Shown piece after piece: positions 9,957-17,731 of a DNA stretch of 29,660 nucleotides (position 1 is the first letter of the stretch; each line of letters starts with the position of its first letter). The DNA comes from a virus (taxonomy: Duplodnaviria; Caudoviricetes): IMG/VR virus record IMGVR_UViG_3300037520_002130, positions 1 to 29,660 of that record. One strand, 5' to 3'. Position numbers and translations under genes: made by a program. The notes below the pieces were generated by a model that did not search any database, was not told the DNA's origin, and worked only from the letters and a program-made list of their open reading frames with translations.

Positions 9957-10367
9957 TGGAGGTGCGGAGGCTCGAACTCCGGTCCATAATATCCTGTCAG
10001 ATAAGGACTACACGTTTAGGTTAACATTTTCTAATGTTCCAAAATATTTGATTTTTTACTTGACCAAAAACAAGGTTAGTTTGTTCTTCACCATCGTAAA
10101 CCAACAATCAATAGACGACTCGATTTCGGGTTCAGTCGTATTCCACCTTTGTAAAGACTTCTGTTGCTAGGTTATATGTCCACCGACCCCCCGTTTCCGT
10201 GCTTAACTTAAGCTACAGTAACTTGCTCAGTTGAAATTAAACCAACCACTGAAAGGTTATCAAGTACGTTGCCGTATATAAATGTGAATCAGTTTTTAAA
10301 GAGATTAACTCAGTCTCTACGCGCCCTTATTCCTCAGCCAATACCTGTCAAATCCAAAAACACCCCC
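9957..10367 (-). ncRNA. ssrA: tmRNA (SsrA), ~411 nt, CCA not fully encoded
   Basis: 5' GGGGGTGTTTTTGGATTTGACAGG and 3' GGACCGGAGTTCGAGCCTCCGCACCTCCA form an acceptor stem GGGGGTG/CACCTCC with the G3:U alanine determinant, A discriminator and T-arm. Internal tag ORF at 10273..10208. Confidence 0.93.
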
Positions 10368-10387
10368 ATATTTTCAAAGAACTTATA

Positions 10388-10395
10388 CAAAGATA
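10388..10395 (-). promoter_or_regulatory. Bacteroidota -7 promoter element TATCTTTG for the tmRNA
   Basis: Exact TAnnTTTG match 20 nt upstream of the mature 5' end. Confidence 0.65.
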
Positions 10396-10433
10396 ATATA
10401 TTTGTTTCTATTATCCAATATATTTATATAAAT

Positions 10434-11633
10434 ATGTTGAAAAAAAAGTTTATTTTTGAAAACGAAGATGAAGATCCTGACAACTGGTCTGATTATAAAA
10501 ACATCATGCATTTAGCAAAAAATAGAATCAGTCCATATAACGTTCATTTTGAAACATCTGATGGTAAAAGTTTTGATGATATTATTGAAGTTACTCGCGA
10601 TGGTATAATTTTTACTTTTGATGGGTTAGAAGATTATTTAAAATTCTTTTTTCCTGAAGAATATGGTGAAAATAGTGAAGATGGTGAGTATGATGCCAAA
10701 TATTATGATGCCATGTATAATGGTAGATGGGAGTGGTATAATGATTTTTATGATAGAGATAGTGAAGATTGGAAAGAAGGTTATGTTACAGATAGATTAA
10801 GAAAAAATCATTTAGAATTAATTAGAGATATAACAAAAACTATTTCACCAAGACTTTATACAAAACTATCAAAAATGTTAGAAGAAGGTACTCCTCTTGA
10901 ATCAGAATTAAATATTGAAATAAGAGATTTTTTAGATACCATAGATATTGGTGATGAAATAACAGAAGCCTACACAGATGCAAATTATGCTGCGATTGTA
11001 GATGAAGTACCAAAAGGAATTAAAGACACATATTGTGATTGTTTAAGAAATGTTGGCGTTGAAAGATATAGTCAAAAATATTGTTTTTGGAAATATGAAA
11101 TGGATTGGGGATCTTGTATGATGTTATATGCTCGTTTTGGAACTGATGAAGATAAACTTTTAGATTTATTATTTGAAGCAATTAGAAAAGATAATATTAG
11201 ACATTTGCCAGTTTATTATGAAATGCAATATGAATTTTGGGACACTCAGAAATTTGAAGACACTTGGAATAGTGGTGTTGAAAGAGTATTAGAAAAGAAA
11301 TTGGAAGAAATACAAAGTGATTCTGAAAAATATGATGAAAAATATTTTGAAGTTTTAGATAAAGTATCTCAACTTGGCGGGCTTAATACTTGGATCAGAA
11401 CAAAAGACAAAAAATATGAAATATTAATTGATGATATTGAACCAAGTACTAGTTTAATTAGATATAAAATTAAAGAACCTTATCTTCAAAACTTAATTCA
11501 TAATAAGTGGAATACTAAAGTAGGAAAAACTGATATTGATAGTTTAATTAGTATGATTTATAATGAAAAATTATTTAACATGATGGAGCATCTTGATAAA
11601 TTTTCAATACTTAGAAATAAGACGTTCCTTTAA
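10434..11633 (+). CDS. Acidic hypothetical protein (399 aa), possibly a head-internal protein
   Basis: The track start (TTG 10269) overlaps the tmRNA. ATG 10434 (MLKKKFIFENEDED) follows TATTTATA at 10421-10428. No family recognised. Confidence 0.7.
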   Translation: MLKKKFIFENEDEDPDNWSDYKNIMHLAKNRISPYNVHFETSDGKSFDDIIEVTRDGIIFTFDGLEDYLKFFFPEEYGENSEDGEYDAKYYDAMYNGRWEWYNDFYDRDSEDWKEGYVTDRLRKNHLELIRDITKTISPRLYTKLSKMLEEGTPLESELNIEIRDFLDTIDIGDEITEAYTDANYAAIVDEVPKGIKDTYCDCLRNVGVERYSQKYCFWKYEMDWGSCMMLYARFGTDEDKLLDLLFEAIRKDNIRHLPVYYEMQYEFWDTQKFEDTWNSGVERVLEKKLEEIQSDSEKYDEKYFEVLDKVSQLGGLNTWIRTKDKKYEILIDDIEPSTSLIRYKIKEPYLQNLIHNKWNTKVGKTDIDSLISMIYNEKLFNMMEHLDKFSILRNKTFL

Positions 11634-12644
11634 TATTTCATATAAGTAAACTAAATCATCATCATTTATAAAAAGATTATTACCATCAAAAATATCTGAT
11701 ATTGTAATACCATCTTTTTCTTCAATAACATCAATACTTTCTAATTGATGAACTGGGTAATCTTCTTCCTCATCTTCAAATTGTAATAACGAGTTCATAA
11801 CAGTTTGTGGTGTGTATACGATTGGTTTATATTCGTATTTATATTTTTTCAAACCCAATTCTTTAACCATATTTAACCCTGCTGTAATTGCATTTTCAAC
11901 ATCTTCTATTGAAACAAATTCTTGATTTGAGTGCATGTTATAATAACCACAAGACATATTGATACAACAAACATCAATTTTCTTTTTTAATTGTGATATA
12001 TCAGTATAAGGGTGTGATTGAACAAGCATTTCATTTCCAAACGCATTTTCAATAACATCTAATGTTTTAGTAAAAAATTCACTATCACGTTCAAATAAAC
12101 GAACTCCCGAGCAAATCTCGGATATTAAATGATTACCAGGTGCGTCATATTGAGTGATATAACCAACATCTCGTAAAAAGGTTTCATCACATTTTGAAGA
12201 TCCGTGACATCCTGTTTCTTCTGAAACAAATAGACCAATTTTTACTTTATCTAATGTTTTTAATAACTCTAAACAAATAAAAATACCACATTTATCATCA
12301 CCACCAATACCTGTTGGGTTACCATCTTCGGTGTATGCTTTTAAGCACGGAACCTCATCATTACTAAATGATTTACCAAAAGTATTGGGTCTGATGAGGT
12401 TTTCTTCTTTAACTACGATTTTATCTACCTTATGATGAACGGTGTCCGTGTGGGCAATAAACATTGGATAATATTCACCTTCGTTTAATTTACCTTTAGT
12501 TGCATATATATTCATCATATCATCTCGGTAGTAGGAGACGCCTGGAATTGTGTCAAGTTCATTACAAAGATATTCTACCATATCTTCTTCTTGATATGTT
12601 TTAGAAGGGACCGATAGTAACTCTTTGAATTTGTTTAGGTTCAT
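11604..12644 (-). CDS. Zn-dependent peptidase/hydrolase, M20/M28/M42 clan
   Basis: Metal-ligand motifs AHTDTVH, GGDDKCG, SEETGC.GS, QYD and GYYNMHS.QE. Confidence 0.85.
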   Translation of the reverse strand: MNLNKFKELLSVPSKTYQEEDMVEYLCNELDTIPGVSYYRDDMMNIYATKGKLNEGEYYPMFIAHTDTVHHKVDKIVVKEENLIRPNTFGKSFSNDEVPCLKAYTEDGNPTGIGGDDKCGIFICLELLKTLDKVKIGLFVSEETGCHGSSKCDETFLRDVGYITQYDAPGNHLISEICSGVRLFERDSEFFTKTLDVIENAFGNEMLVQSHPYTDISQLKKKIDVCCINMSCGYYNMHSNQEFVSIEDVENAITAGLNMVKELGLKKYKYEYKPIVYTPQTVMNSLLQFEDEEEDYPVHQLESIDVIEEKDGITISDIFDGNNLFINDDDLVYLYEILKERLISKY

Positions 12645-12657
12645 TTAAATTTTTTTA

Positions 12658-12675
12658 TAAAGATAGTATATTTAT
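12658..12675. promoter_or_regulatory. Back-to-back promoter unit 1: minus TATCTTTA + plus TATTTAT
   Basis: Sequence taaagata-gta-tatttat; the same layout recurs at 14052 and 15357. Confidence 0.6.
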
Positions 12676-12693
12676 TAATAAAAACAAAATTAT

Positions 12694-13533
12694 ATGAAAA
12701 ATATTTTATCAAGTTTAAACGAAGGTGAAAAAAAAAGAATATTAGAAATGTATTATACTGGTTCTGCAAAAAAATACCTTACAGAACAAAAAGTCTATAA
12801 AGATGGTGGATATTCTTACAAAGTTGAAAATAATAAGTATTATTATAGTACAGATGATGGTAAAACTTGGTCTGAACAAACAAAACCCGAAGGAATTAAG
12901 GCGATACAAGGGGTTATTGCAAAACAAGGAGGAACAACCACAGGTACAACGTCAAAACAGAGTGGTACTGAAAAAACTCAGACCTCACCCGCAAAAACTC
13001 AGGCAAAAGAAAGAGTAACGGGGTTAGAGGACATTAATAAATCAATAAGTGCATTAAACAAATGGTCGATGGAAAACCCAATAAAGATTGACTACGATAA
13101 TACAGGTATTTATTCAGTGCAACTAAAACTATTAACTAGATCAATTAAAGAACACGTAGACTCAAAAAATTTTAAAACTGAATTTACTTATCCATATGGT
13201 GTTAGTGCTACTCTTATAAGGTCTAATGGTGCAACTGTTAATGATAAAAATTATTTGACTTTAAAAAGTGCTGATTGTTTTAAATCCTATAGTGTAGATT
13301 GGAAAGAGGGGATGCGTGTTGCTAGTTGGAAAACACTATCTGAAAAAATTACAAATATATATAATGGATGGTATAAAGGTAACCAAGGAGTAAAATTTTG
13401 TGGGTATAAAGATGTATTCTTAACCAATACAAATGGTATTTCAGCTCCAACCACAGAAATACAAAATTTAGTTTTTAATATTGATGCTGGTAGAATATAT
13501 AGTGAGACTTTAAATCATTGGGATCGATTATAA
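12694..13533 (+). CDS. Cassette 1 cargo protein: conserved N-terminus (MKNILSSLNEGEKKRILEMY...STDDGKTW) plus unique C-terminal domain
   Basis: First ~80 aa are near-identical to 14088..14906, followed by a Thr/Ser/Lys linker and then unrelated sequence. Confidence 0.8.
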   Translation: MKNILSSLNEGEKKRILEMYYTGSAKKYLTEQKVYKDGGYSYKVENNKYYYSTDDGKTWSEQTKPEGIKAIQGVIAKQGGTTTGTTSKQSGTEKTQTSPAKTQAKERVTGLEDINKSISALNKWSMENPIKIDYDNTGIYSVQLKLLTRSIKEHVDSKNFKTEFTYPYGVSATLIRSNGATVNDKNYLTLKSADCFKSYSVDWKEGMRVASWKTLSEKITNIYNGWYKGNQGVKFCGYKDVFLTNTNGISAPTTEIQNLVFNIDAGRIYSETLNHWDRL

Positions 13534-13536
13534 TAG

Positions 13537-14034
13537 TCAATTAATTTTTATTATAAATTCAGAGTCTTTGTGAAAAATACCCATACCAAAATTAGGTGTG
13601 TGAGAAGATTCCCAAAAATAAAACCTGTAACTAATATTTTTTTCTAAATCAACATACTGACAAATATTTATTTTTTTGTTTTTACTATGGTCAGTCCAAT
13701 CAGTTACTTTGTAATATATTTTAAATATTTTATTTGGTTTTATAACTAAAACAGAATCAATTTTATTTTTTTGAGCTAATGAATCTTTGTGATCCATTGA
13801 GAGTTCAAAAACTAAATTTTCTTTATCGTTTAAATTAAATAGTTGTGTTGTCCACATACCCAAGTCCGAAGTCAAATTTTCTGAATTCAAAGTTAAATTT
13901 TCAAGTGCGAAAATGTTTTTAATTTCAGAACCATAATATGTATACATTTCTGAGCGTAAAACCTTTATGGTAATAACTTGAGAAAATGTAATTAAAGAAA
14001 TCAAAGAGAAAAATAATGTGATTAAGGTTTTCAT
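13537..14034 (-). CDS. Cassette 1 partner: Sec signal-peptide protein, beta-rich
   Basis: MKTLITLFFSLISLITFS-Q, a Bacteroidota-style signal with Gln at +1. First 25 aa are identical to 14889..15341. Confidence 0.8.
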   Translation of the reverse strand: MKTLITLFFSLISLITFSQVITIKVLRSEMYTYYGSEIKNIFALENLTLNSENLTSDLGMWTTQLFNLNDKENLVFELSMDHKDSLAQKNKIDSVLVIKPNKIFKIYYKVTDWTDHSKNKKINICQYVDLEKNISYRFYFWESSHTPNFGMGIFHKDSEFIIKIN

Positions 14035-14051
14035 GATTATTGTTTTTTTTA

Positions 14052-14069
14052 TAAAGATAGTATATTTAT
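14052..14069. promoter_or_regulatory. Back-to-back promoter unit 2
   Basis: Sequence taaagata-gta-tatttat. Confidence 0.6.
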
Positions 14070-14087
14070 TAATAAAAACAAAATTTT

Positions 14088-14906
14088 ATGAAAAATATTT
14101 TATCAAGTTTAAACGAAGGAGAAAAAAGAAGAATATTAGAAATGTATTATAAAGGATCTGCAAAAAGATATCTTGCAGAACAAAAAATTTATAAAGAAGG
14201 TACATATTCTTACAAAGTTCAAAATAATAAGTACTATTATAGTACTGATGATGGTAAAACTTGGACTGAACAAACAAAACCTGAAGGTATTAAAGCAATA
14301 AAGGCGGTTATTGAAAAACAAGGAGGAACTGTTGATCAAAAACCACAAACACCTCCAGGTAATCCAAGTGCATACAGTACTCCTGGTACCTATTACGCAA
14401 AAGCACCTAACGGAACTAAAATCGGTATAAATAATACAGAATATAAAAAACAGGATTGGCAAGACTTAGGTGGTTCTGGTAGGGTATATTTATTTGGTCA
14501 AGACCCAAAAACAGGAAAATGGAATATTAGTTATGGGTCGGTTTCATGTAACACTGGTCAAATTGATGGAAATTATAAACCTTTAGGTACTGCACCTGAA
14601 GTTGTAGAATACGTTTCTAACAATTTTTGTGGTGAGGAAATAGGTAAAAAAGGTAGAATGTCAGGAAGTCAACCAAAAGTAACCGTATCAAAAGGCACTT
14701 ATCCAATAAAATCAGTATGGAAAAGAAAAAATGACGACTTAGCACAATGGAAAGAGGCATGGTTTACTGATTCTTTGGCCGATATAAGTTGTTCATCAAA
14801 AAAGGTAACGTTTACTGATAAAGGTAAAGCAATACCAGGATTTAAAGATTATTCACCTAAAGATATTAAGGCCATTGAGGACGCTCTTTTAACTGTTTGT
14901 TCTTAA
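14088..14906 (+). CDS. Cassette 2 cargo protein: conserved N-terminus plus unique C-terminus with four Cys
   Basis: Paralogue of 12694..13533 over ~80 aa only, with a Pro-rich linker (QKPQTPPGNPS). Confidence 0.8.
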   Translation: MKNILSSLNEGEKRRILEMYYKGSAKRYLAEQKIYKEGTYSYKVQNNKYYYSTDDGKTWTEQTKPEGIKAIKAVIEKQGGTVDQKPQTPPGNPSAYSTPGTYYAKAPNGTKIGINNTEYKKQDWQDLGGSGRVYLFGQDPKTGKWNISYGSVSCNTGQIDGNYKPLGTAPEVVEYVSNNFCGEEIGKKGRMSGSQPKVTVSKGTYPIKSVWKRKNDDLAQWKEAWFTDSLADISCSSKKVTFTDKGKAIPGFKDYSPKDIKAIEDALLTVCS

Positions 14907-15341
14907 AACCAAATATTTAGTAGGTATTATAATTCTAGTGTAGTCATACACATTATCATACCACATGTAGTAAACTTTATTTTTATCCTTAGTTAAATCA
15001 ATAACATATTGTGTCTTCCAAGGATTATTAACATCACCATCCCTTGGTTCAGTCATCCAAACAGTTAATAAATTGTTTTTTGTTGAAACACTATCAATGT
15101 TAATAGTAAACTGTTTAACACCATTAACTACGTAAGTTGATTTTTTATTATTTAAATCAATTTGATACTCAAAATTTTTATATTCTGTTGAGGTTATTTC
15201 AAGTGGATCTGACATTACGTGGTCAAAATCACTAAAACCAAAAGTTGCTTGTGTCACAAACTCCGATACTTTTATAGTAATAACTTGAGAAAATGTAATT
15301 AAAGAAATTAAAGAGAAAAATAATGTAATTAAGGTTTTCAT
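14889..15341 (-). CDS. Cassette 2 partner: Sec signal-peptide protein, beta-rich
   Basis: Same signal peptide as 13537..14034. The mature region is only faintly similar (IDSV, QY(V/VI)DL.K). Its 3' end overlaps the cargo gene by 18 nt. Confidence 0.8.
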   Translation of the reverse strand: MKTLITLFFSLISLITFSQVITIKVSEFVTQATFGFSDFDHVMSDPLEITSTEYKNFEYQIDLNNKKSTYVVNGVKQFTINIDSVSTKNNLLTVWMTEPRDGDVNNPWKTQYVIDLTKDKNKVYYMWYDNVYDYTRIIIPTKYLVLRTNS

Positions 15342-15356
15342 GATTATTGTTTTTTA

Positions 15357-15375
15357 CAAAGATAATGTATTTATA
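15357..15375. promoter_or_regulatory. Back-to-back promoter unit 3: minus TATCTTTG + plus TATTTATA
   Basis: Sequence caaagata-atg-tatttata; both elements are perfect matches. Confidence 0.65.
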
Positions 15376-15393
15376 TTATAAAACAAAATTTTT

Positions 15394-17178
15394 ATGAAAA
15401 ATATTTTATCAGAAGAAGAATTAAAAAGATATAGAGATTTAATGAATTATGATTCAAAAAAATCTCAAGGACTTTTAAGTGAAAATAAAGATTTTTTATT
15501 TGAGGCTTACGGAAAAGAATTTATCTCAGAAGAAGATAGAATCCGAAATATGCATTTAGATGCAATTAATGAAGATGGTGGAAAAAAGAAGAAAAAAAGA
15601 GTTTATAAAAGAGTTGATTTTGGACCTTTTGACGTGTCCTACTCAAAAACACCATCATATAGTAAAGGGTATAAAAAAACAGGAACACTTGATCAGTCAG
15701 ACACAAATTATAAATTTTTACAAGGTGGTGCGTATGAGTCAGAATATAAACCTGGCCGTTTTTACCAATCATTTTTTGGTAAAGAAAAACAAAAACTATT
15801 TAGAGAAACTTCAGAACACGATTATTCATTAATATTTGGGTATATTCTTAATGGTAAAAGTTTTAAAAAAGAAGATTTAAAAGATCAAAAATATTATCGT
15901 ATATTCATTGAAAGGCCTGCATTGTTTGAAAATAAAACACGTATTAAATATGTACCAATATTTAAAGTTTTAAAAGATGAAAAAATTGTAACAAGAAAGT
16001 TAATTCAATCAGATAGGTTCCAACAACAAACGGCAATATGGGAAGAAATTAAAGAAAAAGATCCAGCATATGCTGCTGACATTATTACTTATGTGAAATT
16101 TAATGACTGGATTGAGAGGGTTATATTAAAAAGATATGACGACACGGAAGAAATACCACCTGAAGATATTGTAAAAGAAACAGACCCGACAAAAACAGTA
16201 ACAGAACCGACAAAAACAGTAGAAGAACCCGATGAAAGTGAAGGAGTACCGATGATGGGTGCCGATTTTGGAATATCAGGAAGCGGTAAAAACAATTTAT
16301 ATATTGATAATTGTTATAAAGTAGATACTAACACTAAAAAGAAAATTGATGAAGAAATTGTTCAACCAATACTTGATGTTTTATCCAACATTCCTGAAAC
16401 GGTTGATAATAAAAAATTGATTTCAAAAATGATGAAAGGTAAAATTAAATTTACTTGGAGAGGTTGTGTTAATTCAGTTAATTTCACATCAAGCGCTAGT
16501 AGATTTAGAAACTCTAAAGGAACTACTTGTGACGCATCCAAATATACGTTTTTAGAACTTTCTAAATTAAGGGCTGAAAATGCAAAAAATTATATCATTA
16601 AAGAACTTATAGAAAAAAATAAAATGGCTTGGTGTACCGGAAAACCAATCATTAATTTAAATTATGCCGGTTCAAACGGTGATGGTACTTCAGGACCGAA
16701 CCCACCTAATGGATTTTCTTATATTGCAAAAGGTGAAAACAAAATGACGCCAAATGCCGATCCGACAAAAGATTTGTTTAACTTTAATGGTAGAGTAATA
16801 AAAAGAGATGAATGTGGCGCACCGTTGGCTAAAAAATCTGATTACGATAAATATAAGTACACAATTATAAATGTCGATGCGGCATTTAATTTTGAATTAA
16901 TGGAACCTGAAGTTCCTGAAGTCACTCAACCACAAACAACAACAACACCTGAAGACAAAAGTGAAACTCCAGGTGATGAAAAGGTTGAACCAAAAGTGGA
17001 AGTAAAGGCGGAGTCTCAATGGTACAGTGCGGATTTTTATGGTGAAGAAGAGATTACCGAAATAAAAAGAAAATGGAGGTGGAACTGGACAGGGTTTAAA
17101 AGTCCAAGAAAAAAACAAAGCGGCGAATCTTGGATAGGTAGAAAAGTAAAAACCGTAATATGTAACCAACCTGATTAA
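15394..17178 (+). CDS. Cassette 3 cargo protein (594 aa) with a divergent OmpA-like peptidoglycan-binding domain
   Basis: MKNILS start and an internal SEEDRIRNMH copy of the leader motif. VNFTSSAS...LELSKLRAENAKNYI resembles the OmpA-C LS..RA..V..YL signature. Thr/Pro/Glu linkers flank the domain. Confidence 0.6.
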   Translation: MKNILSEEELKRYRDLMNYDSKKSQGLLSENKDFLFEAYGKEFISEEDRIRNMHLDAINEDGGKKKKKRVYKRVDFGPFDVSYSKTPSYSKGYKKTGTLDQSDTNYKFLQGGAYESEYKPGRFYQSFFGKEKQKLFRETSEHDYSLIFGYILNGKSFKKEDLKDQKYYRIFIERPALFENKTRIKYVPIFKVLKDEKIVTRKLIQSDRFQQQTAIWEEIKEKDPAYAADIITYVKFNDWIERVILKRYDDTEEIPPEDIVKETDPTKTVTEPTKTVEEPDESEGVPMMGADFGISGSGKNNLYIDNCYKVDTNTKKKIDEEIVQPILDVLSNIPETVDNKKLISKMMKGKIKFTWRGCVNSVNFTSSASRFRNSKGTTCDASKYTFLELSKLRAENAKNYIIKELIEKNKMAWCTGKPIINLNYAGSNGDGTSGPNPPNGFSYIAKGENKMTPNADPTKDLFNFNGRVIKRDECGAPLAKKSDYDKYKYTIINVDAAFNFELMEPEVPEVTQPQTTTTPEDKSETPGDEKVEPKVEVKAESQWYSADFYGEEEITEIKRKWRWNWTGFKSPRKKQSGESWIGRKVKTVICNQPD

Positions 17179-17179
17179 T

Positions 17180-17680
17180 TTAATCAGCTACTATACCGAC
17201 GCAGATTATTTCATTATCGACCGAATATCCAAAGGCGAACACATAGTTAAATTTACTTGCTGTGATTTCTTTTTTGTGTGACGGAGACCCCATAAAACTA
17301 TCAAAAATTAATTTGGCTATTTCTTTTTCGTTTAATTTATCAAATTGACCTACCCTACACAATACTTCGCCATATTGTGTATATCTTTTACTTAATTTTT
17401 TATTTTTGTTTACAGTCTCACTGAATCGGTCAAATAAATTATAATATTTATTATCTCCGTGTTTATGGGATAAAAACATATTTTTTTTGGTTTTTAAGTA
17501 ATCTAATTGAAGATTTGCGACAGGTAACAACCCTTTGTCATTTTTTGGTTTCCAATTTCTATTATAAACTTCTGAAAGATATATTGAGTCGTAATACTTT
17601 GCAACAAGATCTAAATCTTTTTGACCTAAACTAAGTAAAGAAATTAGTAAGAATAATAATGATAAAAAAAAAGTTTTCAT
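17180..17680 (-). CDS. Cassette 3 partner: secreted CAP (SCP/PR-1) domain protein
   Basis: Signal peptide MKTFFLSLLFLLISLLSLG-Q and CAP motifs LSH, YGEVL and FMGSPSHKKEI. TAAGTTTG -7 element at 17700-17707. Confidence 0.75.
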   Translation of the reverse strand: MKTFFLSLLFLLISLLSLGQKDLDLVAKYYDSIYLSEVYNRNWKPKNDKGLLPVANLQLDYLKTKKNMFLSHKHGDNKYYNLFDRFSETVNKNKKLSKRYTQYGEVLCRVGQFDKLNEKEIAKLIFDSFMGSPSHKKEITASKFNYVFAFGYSVDNEIICVGIVAD

Positions 17681-17731
17681 AAGTTTTTTATTTATATTAC
17701 AAACTTACGAAAACTTTCAATATTTACAAAA

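Larger units (their letters stand above)
12651..14329 (+). repeat. Direct repeat A (~285 bp; 12651-12935 and 14045-14329): promoter plus first ~80 codons of the plus-strand paralogues
   Basis: Ungapped similarity at offset 1394 that ends abruptly after KQGGT. Confidence 0.9.
13961..15411. repeat. Direct repeat B (~145 bp; 13961-14105 and 15268-15411): signal-peptide codons, divergent promoter and MKNILS start
   Basis: Near-identical nucleotide blocks spanning both divergent start codons. Confidence 0.9.

Noticed and set aside
9957-9990. Stand-alone tRNA
   Set aside because: The T-arm and acceptor half pair with a 5' end ~400 nt away, as in tmRNA.
10269-10433. N-terminal 55 codons of the 454-aa ORF (TTG start)
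   Set aside because: Overlaps the tmRNA and its promoter on the other strand. ATG 10434 after TATTTATA is the better start.
12847-12870. Asp-box (STDDGKTW) as evidence of a sialidase
   Set aside because: A single Asp-box in a small hairpin domain; no propeller repeats or catalytic motifs.
12651-14329. Repeat A as a DGR template/variable repeat pair
   Set aside because: Differences are not adenine-specific and are largely synonymous or conservative, the repeats lie at 5' ends of genes, and there is no reverse transcriptase in the window.
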